A DNA stretch of 64,000 nucleotides from Utricularia gibba (lineage: Eukaryota; Plantae; Magnoliophyta), in the NCBI GenBank assembly GCA_002189035.1, contig NEEC01000023.1:372001-436000 (forward strand), read 5' to 3'. The notes under the pieces are model-generated. The model was not told where the DNA came from. It saw only the letters and a program-made list of their open reading frames with translations, and ran no database searches. This document shows, in pieces, positions 27,339-39,730 of this stretch. Numbering within the stretch: position 1 is the first letter of the stretch; each line of letters opens with the position of its first letter. Position numbers and translations under genes: made by a program.

Positions 27339-29400
27339 ATGGATGATATATGCGAATCCACCATTCTGCATCATGTGGGCATCGCTCTGTTTCTGCTCTG
27401 GATTGTAAATTTTTTTAACTGTGGTAACTCTGTTGCTTATCTTCTCTGCTTCCTCCATGTTTACCTCGTAAGCTGTTATTTACCTTCACTGTCTCTTTTT
27501 CTTTCTGACTAAATGAACCATTCACCATTTCACGCACATCATTGCAATGGCTGTTCTCATTGGAGGTTCATGAAGTGTACGCAGCGAAGCTGAAGAAGAA
27601 GATACGATTTCAGCATAAAAGAGACTCCTGTCGAAAAAGGGTAACGAATTCTACTTCGGCATTACGATTGCAGAGCCTGCTCTCGATGCTGAATTCCTTA
27701 TGCTTTTGTTTTAGTTGTATTCGGAGTCCGAAACGGTGAGATGGTTAAACTGTGCTATTGAGAGGATCTGGCCAATCTTCCTGGAGGAGGTTGTTTCTCA
27801 AAGAGTGCTTCTCCCCATTGCTTCGTGGCTCTTGCGACAATACAAACCTTGGATTGTGGTAAGAATAGAGATCCTGGGCGTAAGATTATAGTAGAATGTC
27901 TGTTGATGCATGACATGCCCTAAACTGTCCTGATGCAGAAGCATGCCACCCTGCATCACCTTTACTTGGGCAGATCCTCGCCTACGTTCACTGATATGCG
28001 GCTTGTTAGTAGACAATCACATGGCGATGATGTTCACTTGGTAGGTGATTAAGATTTGGAAAGATGATTTCAGATAAGGTGTTGGTAATCTGATTCGAAG
28101 CAGGTGTTGGAGATGGGGATGAGTTTCACGGCGGCAGACGATATGCGTGCCACAATCGGGGTAAAACTAAGAAAGCAATTAGGATTTAGAAGGCCGGTGA
28201 CGTTCAGTTTGCGGGGGTCAAGAATTGAGGGGAAGGTGAACCAGCAGCACGACGTCTTTTCTGCTCCAGCAACTAGACAGGAGTGGTAATAAATAGCTTG
28301 ATCTCCATTCTTATGCAGACTTTTCTCGCACAGGTGCTGGTTGGTCTGAAATTCCGGCGAGAATGGCCCTTCGTAAGTCGCCTGAGCTTGCGCTTCGTTC
28401 AGCCGCCGGATTTTCAAATAAAAGTGAAGCATAGCTTTGCCCCACGCCTTGAACTAATGCATCTTCCTGGAATAGGCGACTGGATAGTGAGTCAACTACC
28501 TTTGCATTGGTTTGAGTATCCAAAATCTGAAGCCTAAACCCTAAAGTCTTTAAACAACTTCCCATTTTATGTTCTTGTTATTGTACTCTTATAAACCCTA
28601 AACCCTAAAATCATTAGGCAACTTCCCATTTTCTTTTCTCTTATTAATGTAATAAACCCTAAACCGTAACATCTTTAGGCAAATTCCCATTTTATCTCTC
28701 TTGCTAGGGCAATCTTATTACCCTGGCATTGGAGCAAACATTGGTGGAGGTGAGCTAAACATGCATGCAATTACCCCATATGAGTGAAAGCATTTAAAAG
28801 ACTGTCCATGATACATATATGCAGCCCAACATGCTCGTTATTGATGTCGAAAAGTTCATGTCATCGGGAGGACAAGGTACTTTCGTGGCATTTCCTTTTC
28901 CTGTGTATAAAAAAAAACTGTAATTTCTTGTACATTGTAAGCTATGGTGAAGTGCATTTTTTCAGAAAATTGGTTCTCCTTTATGGCAACGGAGCCTGTT
29001 GGATATACAGTTGTGGAAGTCCTTGAAGCTACAAATTTGAAACCATCACTGGTATGTTTGATTAATTTTTCCTCTCGATTTTACGTTTTTTCTATATATA
29101 TTTAAACTCACATATTTTTTAGGACTAGTCAAAGTTCATGTGAAGAAAAGCATAGGAGCTTATAGATTTCATAGCAAGATGATGAAGAAAACACTGGCTC
29201 CCAAATGGTATGAGTAATTCATGGTCTCCATTTGCTTACGAGAATTGGATAACATGATCGAATTCGAAATTCATATTAGGTGCTTCTTGTTTCCTTGAGC
29301 AGGTTTCTCATCATATAGAGTGCTTCAACATCCATGGTGGCTTCTCTTACAAAACACCAAAATGGGAAAATTGCATGTTGGAATCCCTTTGTGCAAGACA
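27339..29400 (+). pseudogene. NTMC2T6-like (TM + SMP + C2) gene with intact TM/SMP exons and a decayed C2 domain
   Basis: MDDICESTILHHVGIALFLLW, SETVRWLNCAIERIWP, LYLGRSSP, EGK|VLVGLKFRREWPF, PNMLVIDVEKF; then an in-frame TAA at 29215 (PKWYE*F), a second stop at 29296 and no C-terminal tail. Confidence 0.8.
28533..28707 (+). repeat. Three ~60-bp tandem units in an intron, each starting with telomeric CCCTAAA motifs
   Basis: The pattern (taaaccctaaa..)...(ggc/aac)aacttcccatttt... occurs three times. Confidence 0.8.
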
Positions 29401-29939
29401 AGAACAAGAACCATATCAATATCAATTTTGATGACACAAATGATATGAGAATCAAGATACAATAGATCCCTTATGTGCAAGTGTGTGTAATCAGTTTGGG
29501 GATGTTTGATAGGATAATTATATTAATAATTTATTCGTGTTTTTAATAAAAACTCTTCATGTATTCGAAATTGAGAATATGTTTTGATATTTAAATTTCA
29601 CAAATATACGGATAAAATGATATTATATTTAATAAATATTGTGATGGTTAAAATCATTAGCAAATTCGAATAAAGAATCATATCGATGGTGATATGATGG
29701 ACTGATTATTTGTTTATTAACTTAATTGTTTTAAGAAAACAATGATTATCCACGTTGTGAATATTATGACACGTGTTGGATGTGAAATCAAACCAAGGAC
29801 TTGGGAATCACAGCTTTGACCTATCTCAGACTGCGGTGGATTCGCCGTGGTTTGGGATTCGAGATCTCCACCCCCGGAATCTACCAATCTTTCGAAATCT
29901 CTTATGGGGTTTATAAGTAATTACGATTCTTCAGGGGAG

Positions 29940-31693
29940 ATGGCTACTCCCCTAACCCAGCCTCACCCTCTGCCGCCATCATCGATGGATGGTGGTGTCG
30001 TTCCTGCGAAATCCTACTGGCGCTTTGGGAAAAAGGACTTTTTCCCGAACCCACCTTTGAGAATCTCTCCACGTATCTTTCTGCACTCGCCAAGACCCCG
30101 CACCGTCTAAAGAATCGATTGTTGTATCGATCCTCTGAAGAGAACGAGCTGGTCGAGTGCAGGAAAGAATCGGAGAATGAGATGAACAAATGTTTAACGT
30201 GGTGGGATTTAATTTGGCTGGGTTTTGGTTCAGTTGTTGGCTCCGGGATTTTTTCCATCACAGGGCAAGAGCTGCACAATCATGCTGGGCCAGCGATTAT
30301 TCTGTCCTATGCAATCTCTGGTCTGTCGGCTTTGTTATCTGTTTTCTGCTATACTGAATTTTCTGTTGAGATCCCTGTAGCTGGAGGATCCTTCTCCTTC
30401 CTTCGTGTTGAATTGGGGGATTTCGTTGCTTTCATTGCCGCTGGAAATATCCTGCTCGAAGCTCTTCTTGGGTCTGCTGGTTTAGGCCGTTCATGGTCAT
30501 CTTATCTTACGAGTATCTTTAGTGATAACCCGGATTTTTTGAGAATCAGGGTACCTTATTTTGCTACCGGTTTCAATTTGTTGGACCCTTTGGCTGTATT
30601 GATTTTAATCGTTGCAAACGGAATTGCAGCGTCAGGGACAAAAAACACCTCCATTTTGAATTGGGTTAGTTCTGTTTTTGGCATTGGTGTGATTATCTTC
30701 ATTATAATTGTGGGGTTTCTTCGTGGAAAGGTTGAGAATTTGCACCCTTTTTTCCCCTATGGAGTTCAGGGGGTATTCAGTGCAGCTGCTGTAGTCTACT
30801 GGTCTTATACAGGCTTTGATATGGTGGCTACCATGGCTGAAGAAGTTAAAACGCCCTCTAAAGACATACCTATTGGATTGGTCGGCTCAATGTCTCTGAT
30901 CACTCTGGTTTACTGCTTAATGTCATTCGCTTTAGCCTTTATGGTAAACTACACACAAGTGGATGTCAATGCACCTTACTCTGTTGCCTTTGAAATGATC
31001 GGCATGAGGTGGGCTAAGTATCTGGTTAGCATCGTGGCTCTGAAAGGCATGACCACAAGCTTGCTGGTTGGATCCATGGGAGTGGCTCGATACACTACTC
31101 AGATCGCAAGAACGCATATGATTCCACCCTACTTCTCCTTAATTCATCCCAAGACGGGCACTCCTGTGTATGCAACTCTTCTCATTACCTCAGTCAGCTG
31201 CGTCGTCGCACTATTCTCAAGCCTGGACGTGCTCTCCAGTGTCTTCTCATTCAGCACACTCTTCATCTTTATGCTCATGGCAGTCGCACTGCTGATAAGA
31301 AGGTACTACGTCAAGGATGTAACCCCAAAAGCTGACTTGATCAAGTTCTCCTCATCCCTGATCATCATTTTCGGATCTTCCATCGGAACCGCCATCCTGT
31401 GGGGGCGGATGAACCGGGGATGGATCGGGTACTCCATATGCGGAGCGTTGTGGGCGTTGGGGACGTTGGGCATGGCTTTAACTTCAAAGCACAAAACTCC
31501 CAAGGTGTGGGGCGTCCCTCTGGTTCCATGGCTGCCATCTCTTTCGATTGGGATTAATGTCTTCCTGTTGGGATCGCTGGGCGCCGTCGCCATGTGGAGG
31601 TTCGCTGTCTGCACTGCGGGTATGGTCATATACTATCTGTTAGCTGGGGTTCATGCTACCTACGACGTCGCTCACAAGGAACTCCCGTCTTGA
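29940..31693 (+). CDS. CAT8: Cationic amino acid transporter 8 (vacuolar), intronless (apparent 1-nt deletion at 30044-30046)
   Basis: SYWRFGKKDFFP[EP]TFEN...RLLYRS, CLTWWDLIWLGFGSVVGSG and WGVPLVPWLPSLSI. Restoring one C gives 584 aa. Confidence 0.88.
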
Positions 31694-31824
31694 TGAAAGA
31701 TCCATGGCGATGTATGCTTTTTAGCAAATCAACACGTCTGAACTCGAAATGTCCCTCTTTTTTTAAAAAAAGCAGTATATGGACAATAACAATGAAACAA
31801 TGAACACATAAAACTGGCTGGTTT

Positions 31825-32058
31825 TCACAAATCGGGGTACAGCCTCATAAGCTCATCCAGCGACGGCAACTCGCTGAGCATGGAATCCAAGTCCTGCAAC
31901 ACGGGTCTCCGGTTGCGGACCGGCGGCTCCCGGCCCACGATCGCGTCTTTTCCGGTAAGGTTCTGGACCACGGACTTGAAGCTCGAAGCGTCCGTTTCCA
32001 CGTATTGGGTGTCGATGATCACCACTTTCACGCCGCGATCCCTGCTTCCGCCTCCCAT
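31825..32058 (-). CDS. VQ-motif protein (VQ1/VQ10-like), 77 aa
   Basis: VKVVIIDTQYVETDASSFKSVVQNLTG contains the FxxxVQxLTG motif; the C-terminus is LPSLDEL. Confidence 0.9.
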   Translation of the reverse strand: MGGGSRDRGVKVVIIDTQYVETDASSFKSVVQNLTGKDAIVGREPPVRNRRPVLQDLDSMLSELPSLDELMRLYPDL

Positions 32059-33723
32059 CCGCCGTATTTCCAATTCAACCGAATCAATGGAGAGATTCCG
32101 ACCGAGAGGTATGTTGGTTAATGTAGTTTCTGTCTCCAACACGCAAATTTATACGCATGGAGCGGGGCCCGACGTACGGTTTGACCGAGGTAGAAAAAGC
32201 TGACCGCCGTTTGTACGTAAAATGAACCGGTCTTCCCAACGGGTCAAGATGTTGAAATCCGGACATGTGAACGGAAGAAAAGCCGCCCGAAATGGAAACT
32301 CCCAGGCACTTGCTCCTCCCTTTTACCAAAGAATGAATAAGTTTTAAAAACGACAATAAAATAATATTATAATCCAATTAAAACATAAGTAATATTAAAT
32401 TGAAATAGTTCTAATTTTTAAATTTAATTTCAAATATATTAAAGTTTAAACTATAATTATTTATATTTAAGTATCAAAACAAGGAAATTTCTTTACCATG
32501 CGAAGACTCCGTCAAGCCTCTAGAAGGTTTTATATAGTAGCCCTAAATATTTGCATTTTTAATTTCTTTTCTAAAAATAAACAATTGAAGTTACGCCGTA
32601 ATTTACGTGCAGAACATGGTACGGCATGGCATCTACGTACATGACATGTCCTCCACGTGATCATTTAGTATGGGATTAAAAAAAAATTCAAAATTAAAGG
32701 GAATTAATTGTTAAATTTCATGGATTATTCAGAGAATTCACTTATATCGGGCTGGATGGGCCCCCAAAATTTTTTATTCCACACGGTACGGCCCATTAAC
32801 AAATTGAAGGAAGTTGGCCCCAATTACAATAATATACAAAAAAACCGGAAATTTGACTCAAATGTCCCTACTATTTACTAAAATATTAAGTTTAATTCCC
32901 ATTACTTAGTGGCAAATGATCTCAATTTATATAAATTATTGCTTTTATCTCTGCTTATTTTCATTCTTATTAAAAATTTGATAAAATAAATCTATATTAT
33001 TTACGAATCGAATATATTTGATCTCTACTGTTTCTGAAAAAATTTAAAATTAAGGTAAAAATTAGAATTTTTTAATTAAAATCAATTTTATTATAATTGA
33101 AAATAATGAAGACAGATTCCCTTACAGTTTACAACATCGAGAATCAATTATACATGGTTTTAAAATAGTATGATTTGAATATTAATTATTTGAAAACCAA
33201 TTATGTCATTTAAGAAAACAATTTGGATTATTCATCCAAATTTTTCAATGAAAAAAGCATCATTTTTAATACAATAATTACTTTTAAAAGGTTTTTAAAT
33301 ATAATTCACTGTCCTCCTCATCATTAATTACTAATGTCGGATTTTAAAGTCACCAAATCAAGATTTGATTCTGCCCTTTAGATCCAGAGTTGTGATTCTA
33401 TTCGCTAATCTCCAAGACTTTAAGCATTTTTGGGTTTGGGTTTTGATTTTTGGGTATACAATATTTAAAAAAAGTCGAAATTTTTAGGATAATTTTAAAT
33501 ATAGAAAATAAAATTAATAATATTTAGATCTTACCATTTTTAGTTTACTACAAGCACAAGTAATGGTATCTTAAAATGGGATAATTTGGACAAATTCTGG
33601 TGTTGGCATTCATAGTCCAAAACGACGCTCAACTTGGGATCCAGGACCAGAACGCATTAATTGCAGAAACGGGGGAGCATGTCGGGTGGGGGCGGGTTGG
33701 TGGGGGAAAGGGGGAAAAGGAGA

Positions 33724-34531
33724 TTAGCAGCCGACGGGTTCGGGGTCCGGAGCCGGAGCGGGACCTTCGTATCTGGTGAACAGTCTGTAGGAGGAGACAA
33801 CGGAGAGTCCGGCGTAGCATAAGGTGACCACGAAGGTGATCGTGGTGGCTGCTTTTGCTTTGCGGCAGAAGTCGCCGAAGGAGCCGCACGCCTCGCTCCA
33901 TGTGATGGAAGCGTCGCCTTTGTAGGCCAAGTAAACGATCTCGGCGGATACTGCTCCGGCGGCCAGCACCAGGTACGTGATCAGCTGCACAAGGGTGGAA
34001 TATATCGTTAATCGCAAGTTTTATTGCTGCGTTTTGATTATTGAGATGGTGACATTGGACTCAGACGAGTAAAATCGCTGGAAATTGAGGGACCTGGTCG
34101 AGGAGGAAGAAAGTCCACGCTCGGGGGAGAGTGGAGGGCCGTGGAACGGCAGCTACGACGGCTGAGAGAAGAGAGTAGCCGGCGCAAACGCCACTTGCGT
34201 GTACCAAGTATCTGAAAACAACAACAACCAAACACCGAGCGTGAGGTAGATCCGTGACCCGACCCAAACCGGGAAAGTTGGACGGAGCGCGTACGTCCCG
34301 TCGGGATCCGATGGGTCGGGGTGTGAGACTCGAATTGGTGTACCTGAAGGCTCCGACATCGGAGTACGAAAGGGATCCATAGTCCGTGCTTTTTTGCGAG
34401 TCTTTGAGCATGACGACCATGGCGACAATAGATAGGGTCATGGGGAGTAGCCTGAGAAGGATCTCCGCCATGGGCGCGGCGGCGGCGGCCTCGGTCCCCT
34501 CCGGCGGTGCCACGGTGGCGTCTTCCTTCAT
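33724..34531 (-). CDS. CASPL2A: CASP-like protein 2A, 3 exons
   Basis: EILLRLLP..., [13 protein letters not shown]|[25 protein letters not shown]|[15 protein letters not shown] and [12 protein letters not shown]. Confidence 0.9.
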
Positions 34532-34826
34532 AAGAATGGCTGCAAGGGCGGTCTTGGCTGGAATAAATGCCCGGTCCAAATGGGCCTCTCAAATCTAATA
34601 AAATGGCGGAAATGGGCCGACGGTATTTAATATTTTTATTTAGAATAATCATTAAAATTATATTTATTTATTTTAAATTAATCCAAATTCACAACACGTC
34701 TTCGGTAGGGAATAGGAAAATGACATTTTCGCTCTTGTGGATCTTGCATTCCTGGAAGCTTTGATCGGAGCTGTGGATTTGGGCGAAGAGAGCACCGCCG
34801 CTACCCGAACTACTTCGCGAGCAGTT

Positions 34827-36133
34827 ATGGCTGAAGAAAATAAGGATGTCCAATACTCCGACCGGAAACCGCCACTTCCGCCTTACGGTACTTTTCAGGG
34901 TGTGGCCAACTATCCTCCTCTGCTGGAACTCTCCGAGGGGTTTCCTCAACCAGTTCCGCCGCCCGGTCTTTATGGGGCTCCTCCGCCCCCATCCCATTAC
35001 TACGCTCATGGTTATCAAGGTGTTCCAGGTACTGATTGGGTACCGCAAATCTTCATTTTTTAGGCGGCCCACATAACCAATTTCTCGACCATTTTTTTTG
35101 GATTCATTGTATTTGGATTGGAGATGGATTTTTCTTGGTTCCTGAAATGATTGATATTATCAGGCTTGATTTGATTACTCTTCAGAAACACCATGTTGGG
35201 GTGTTCGCTTTCGTTTTTGTTCCTTTTTCTTCTCATAATAGCTAAAGTTTCTGTTAGATCGAGGTTTGGCGCCTTCTGAGCAATAGGTAAATCGAACTGT
35301 CTTAATGTGCAGTTCGAAGCAGATTTGCATTTCAAGGGGGGTGGGGTGGGGGTTTAATTCAACAAGCTTTCAGAAATTTAAAGAATTCCCTTGCTTTTTA
35401 CACCTATGCTGCAATATGGATTTAATACTAGTTGTGATGTAGTGTATACTGTTGTGGAAGGAGCTCCCGTGAGGGAACGCCGTCTTCCTTGCTGTGGTAT
35501 TGGCTTTGGATGGTTCTGGTAAGCATCTTCTGATTGCCTTATCCCAACAACTTTGACATCTCCTTTTCTTTTTGCGCCATCTAACTGTGTAAAAGGTTTT
35601 CAATTCAATCATAATTTCCCAGTATCATGTTTAAGGAGCATTGCAAACATGAGACATTGTTCCATATTGTTATTTCGTTAACACATCCTATAGGCTTGTG
35701 GTTTCCATGAACAATTCAGCTTCTCAATTTAGACTCAAGGTTCTGTTTTTCATGGCGTGTAAAAACCTTGTTTGTCTTTTGGCCCATGTTACAAGAGGCG
35801 GTTGGTTTTGGGGTTACACATCCATTTCTTTGTACTGAGACTCCTTTGTGAAAGAGATGTTCTTTTCTTTGAAGCTTCATCGTAGGTTTCTTCCTTGCGG
35901 GGATCCCGTGGTACGTTGCTGTATTGATGTTAGTTTGTTCCAGAGTCGACGTCCGTGAGAAACCAGGATATGTAGCTTGCACTATCGCTGTAAATCTTCC
36001 TTCCCATCTCTAGGGATCAATTCTTTCTTATCTTCATGAGTTACAAAACACAACATTGCAATATGATACTCTACTTTTATAGGCTGGCATAGCTACCGTT
36101 GCCATCATCTTTGGGCTGACGAGGATCCACTGA
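34827..36133 (+). CDS. 60S ribosomal protein L18a-like (Pro-rich membrane protein, not a true r-protein), 4 exons
   Basis: YGTFQGVANYPP, GFPQPVPPPG, EGAPVRERRLPCCGIGFGWF, IPWYVA and REKPGYVACTIA. Confidence 0.88.
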
Positions 36134-36863
36134 TGAGAGGCCCCCAGACAGGTGAACCTTGATACTATCGAAAATAAAATCATTGTTGCAGTACGTATCT
36201 GTGCTGTTTTGTATGTGAGATGAACTATGAAGTTTGAACAAAATGCTCTTTCATCCCTGTATACCTGTGAATATTTATCTCCCTTAAGAGTATATGGGAT
36301 TCTGGGTGTGAAGCCATGTATCATGATATTCTTATATTCTTGTCGCTTGTTTCCAATGGAGACCAACACCACTAGTAAACCATGGGCATGCCGGCATTGA
36401 AGAGCATTTGAAGTTTAGTTTCTGCAGTTAAATGAGATCATAGTTCACTGTGCAGCAGATTGAACTTCTTTATTGTAAAAGCCACAGAAGAAGATTGACC
36501 GGTTACTTACTCTCTCCTCACCTTCCACACCAGCAATGCCCCCGGCCGTGGTCACCGGCGCCGTCGCCGATGCCGCTTTTCCGGCCTCTCCATACAACCA
36601 GTTTGCCGTACAATTTGTTGAAGTTGGGGCCCAATGCATTTTTTTTTAAAAAAAATAACCCTCTAAAATTGACAAGCATTTTCAAAATGTTTAATTTATA
36701 CTAGTCACGTGAGGCGGGCATGAAGAATCCCACTCGTAGCGCCCTAAAATCGATCGGAAGGGCCATTTGGCGGGAAAGGAGTTCTGCTCCGGCGAAGCAA
36801 CAATTTCGCCTTCTATTTCATTTTCCGGCAAGGTCCACGGATCGCCGTTTTTTCTCGAAAGGA

Positions 36864-39247
36864 ATGGCCCAGACCGAAGCGGCGATTATCGAACAGATTC
36901 ACTCTATCGTTGCTGAAAAACTTCAAGTGGTTGGTCATTTTTCCCCCCGAATCTCTTTTCGTGGCGAAATACGTCCCTGTCGCCTCGAGATTATCCATGA
37001 TTGTAGAGGATAACCGTAATTTTGGCATGTATTTGAAGTAATTTAGTATCATGCGGGAGTTCTCTTCATGTTCTAGAGTTTTCTAAGTTGGTGAAATGGC
37101 ATTCGGAAATGCTGTATATTTATGTGGTTTTATTTGGGCCCAGGTTTCCTACAAATGGTTGAGTAGAAATTTTTCGGTTTCATCGAATGCTGCGAAGAGG
37201 TAGTTGGAGCTTTGCTTTAAATTGATTTTAACATTTCTTTTCTCTGTCCTAAAGGTTCTTGACTATTATTTTAGATTGCTGGAAGAGTTTGTTGAAAAGT
37301 ACGGCAACGGTTTAGAAGTAATTTACTCTTTGTCTGGCTGGTTGAAGAGCAATCCTTCAACTTATCATATACACCTTGTACCCAAACATAAACTTTCAGG
37401 CAAGTATGAAGATTAGGAAAAAAATGCTGGTGCTCAACAAGTACATTTCGTAGTTTCTTTTTGCACATATGGGTTTTCCATCTTGGAAGCTGCAATATAC
37501 CGTGGCATTTTTAATCTTTTCTTTTTTGAATAAATCAAGGTGGAGCTGGGATTGGATAGCCGATTATGGATGATTTTATTGTAAAAATGCAGATGCAATG
37601 CAAGAATTTGATGGAAACTGCTCCATGCAAGTATACAGTGTGCAATCATGTCTGCCTAAGGATCCGGCAACACTCTGGAATCATGAATTTGCTCAAGCCG
37701 AAGATCTTTTCAACCAGAAATCAACAGTTGACAATTGCTTTTGGGATAATAGGTAGAGTTTTATACATGTACAGTTGATGTGTGCTTTATAAATCAGGAA
37801 TATTCTTGTCTTTAATAGGTTTTGTGGAGTTTCCAATTCGTATGTGCAGAGAACTCGTGGGGAATCACATTTGATCCCAGGATCAGTGCAGATTAGAAGC
37901 ACACTATCCTCTGATTTACATACAAGTTCTCATCACACCATGGTAGATAAACAACCTGTGCAGAAAAAGGTTTTGCAGGCGAGTTCTAAAGCTGGGTCAT
38001 ACGTCCCAACGATGCGGCAACTGTAAAAACTGAAACAGTGAAACATGAGCCAGAGAGTGCTGCAAAGGTTATAGCGGGTAAAGGGAAGACAGAACAGTTG
38101 CATCCTAGAAATAAAAATGGCCTACAAAATAAATCTTGCTCTGGCACTAGGGGTGGTCTGGCTGGTATTTGGGATCGTGCAACTGCGAAGTCTAGATGTG
38201 ATGCCCACTTGCAAAATCCCACAGGTGAATCCTATAGTATTTTTTGTTTACACTTAAATAGTTGTTTTTCATCGTCCTCTCATGTGGGTGTAGAATGTTT
38301 TATCCGCTGTTTTAAGAGCATTTTTCAACTAAAATCTGCTAATGCAGAATCTGAAACTAGTGCGCATGAGTCTGTAGAATCTGAAGGCAGTGATGAGGAA
38401 GCGCAAGATTTCAATGTAAAACGTACCTCGGTGGGCAAAGGTAGTAGGAAGAGGATAGCTGTTTTCGATGATTCAGACGAGGAAGATGGTCACAAAGATG
38501 CTGTTACTCTTGCATCACCTGATACAAAAGGGGCTCCTCTATCTTCGGAGCAGAATTCTAAGTGTTCAGATCTAGACTGCTACAATGATGAAAATAAGCA
38601 TGAAATCAATGAGGTGATGGAAACAAAAACAAATCAGCATCTTGAAGAAAACCCAGCAGACATTAGCAGAAATATGCCAGAGATCACCCTAAGCAGTGCA
38701 AAGGCTCATGCTGGCCTGCCAGTAGTCTCTGATGTAGTAACAAAACGACGGAAAGTTGTGTCTCGTATTGACGCTCGTGGAAGAGAAGGTGCTACTATAG
38801 TTCTGTCGAGTAAAATAGACGTGTTTATTACATTTTCACTGTTTTATTTCCCTTAGTGTAGTTTATACGAGCTCTCTGTTCTCTTTGCTCCAGTTACTGA
38901 AGTCGTCTGGGAGGGTGAAGAGCCAGGAAAAGAACCCGAGAGTACCGCTGCAAACTTATCTGAGAGCAAAGGATTGAATAACGGCTTTAGCAGGTATTCC
39001 TCTTCTTGGTAGTTCTGATTCTGTTTACTTACCCTTTGTTCGTTGCAAATTTTCCATGTTGATTCATTTTTTTCTTTAGTTAACGGACGCTAAACAAAGA
39101 CTGTATTTCAGGCCTCCAGTGACGAAGAAGTCACCTGCAGTTGGAAGCTCTGCTCCAGCAAATCCTGGTGGGAAAACTGGAAGCAAGAAAATCGGTAGTA
39201 AGGATCCCAAGCAAGGGAACATAACCTCCTTTTTTAAGAAGGTATGA
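36864..39247 (+). CDS. POLD3: DNA polymerase delta subunit 3 (apparent 1-nt deletion at 38005-38007; GC-AG intron)
   Basis: KLQV|VSYKWLSRNFSVSSNAAKR, VYSVQSCLPKDPATLWN, KRRKV and the C-terminal PCNA-binding PIP box KQGNITSFFKKV*. Confidence 0.9.
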
Positions 39248-39730
39248 GGAGATGACACTCTGCGTGTGGACAGTTCTGAGTTTCGATGTCTATTACCAGC
39301 ATGCTTCAATGTAGTAGCCCTGTAATCAGATATGTGCTGCCAGCGTTGGTATAGACAGTGAAGCAAGAGCTTCTACTCCTGACATTGCCGTGTTTATTCA
39401 ACTACAGACTTTCCTCACTGGTTTTCACTATGAAATCTATTCCATATACAACACCATCTTAAATGCAGCATATGCATTGTTCTTTGTTAAATGAATGAGA
39501 AGATTGCATTTATGTCACGTGATTTATTGATGTTTTTAGGACAGATTTTGCAACAACCTAATGTTTTCAGGGTCAAAGGTTCACACACGTTCATACGCGT
39601 GTGGTAACTAACAGCTGACCACCTCGATTTGGGGAATCATTTCCGCCTTTGGTTGCCAAATGCTAACCGCCTGCGCCCTTTTATACCGATCTTCTCCACA
39701 TTCCCTCTTCACAGTTTGTGAGCAGAAGGT

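Noticed and set aside
28705-28728. TAGGGCAATCTTATTACCCTGGCA resembles a miR399 target-mimic (IPS1) site
   Set aside because: It is the splice acceptor plus the coding exon GNLITLALEQTLVE of NTMC2T6, and its 3' pairing to miR399 is poor.
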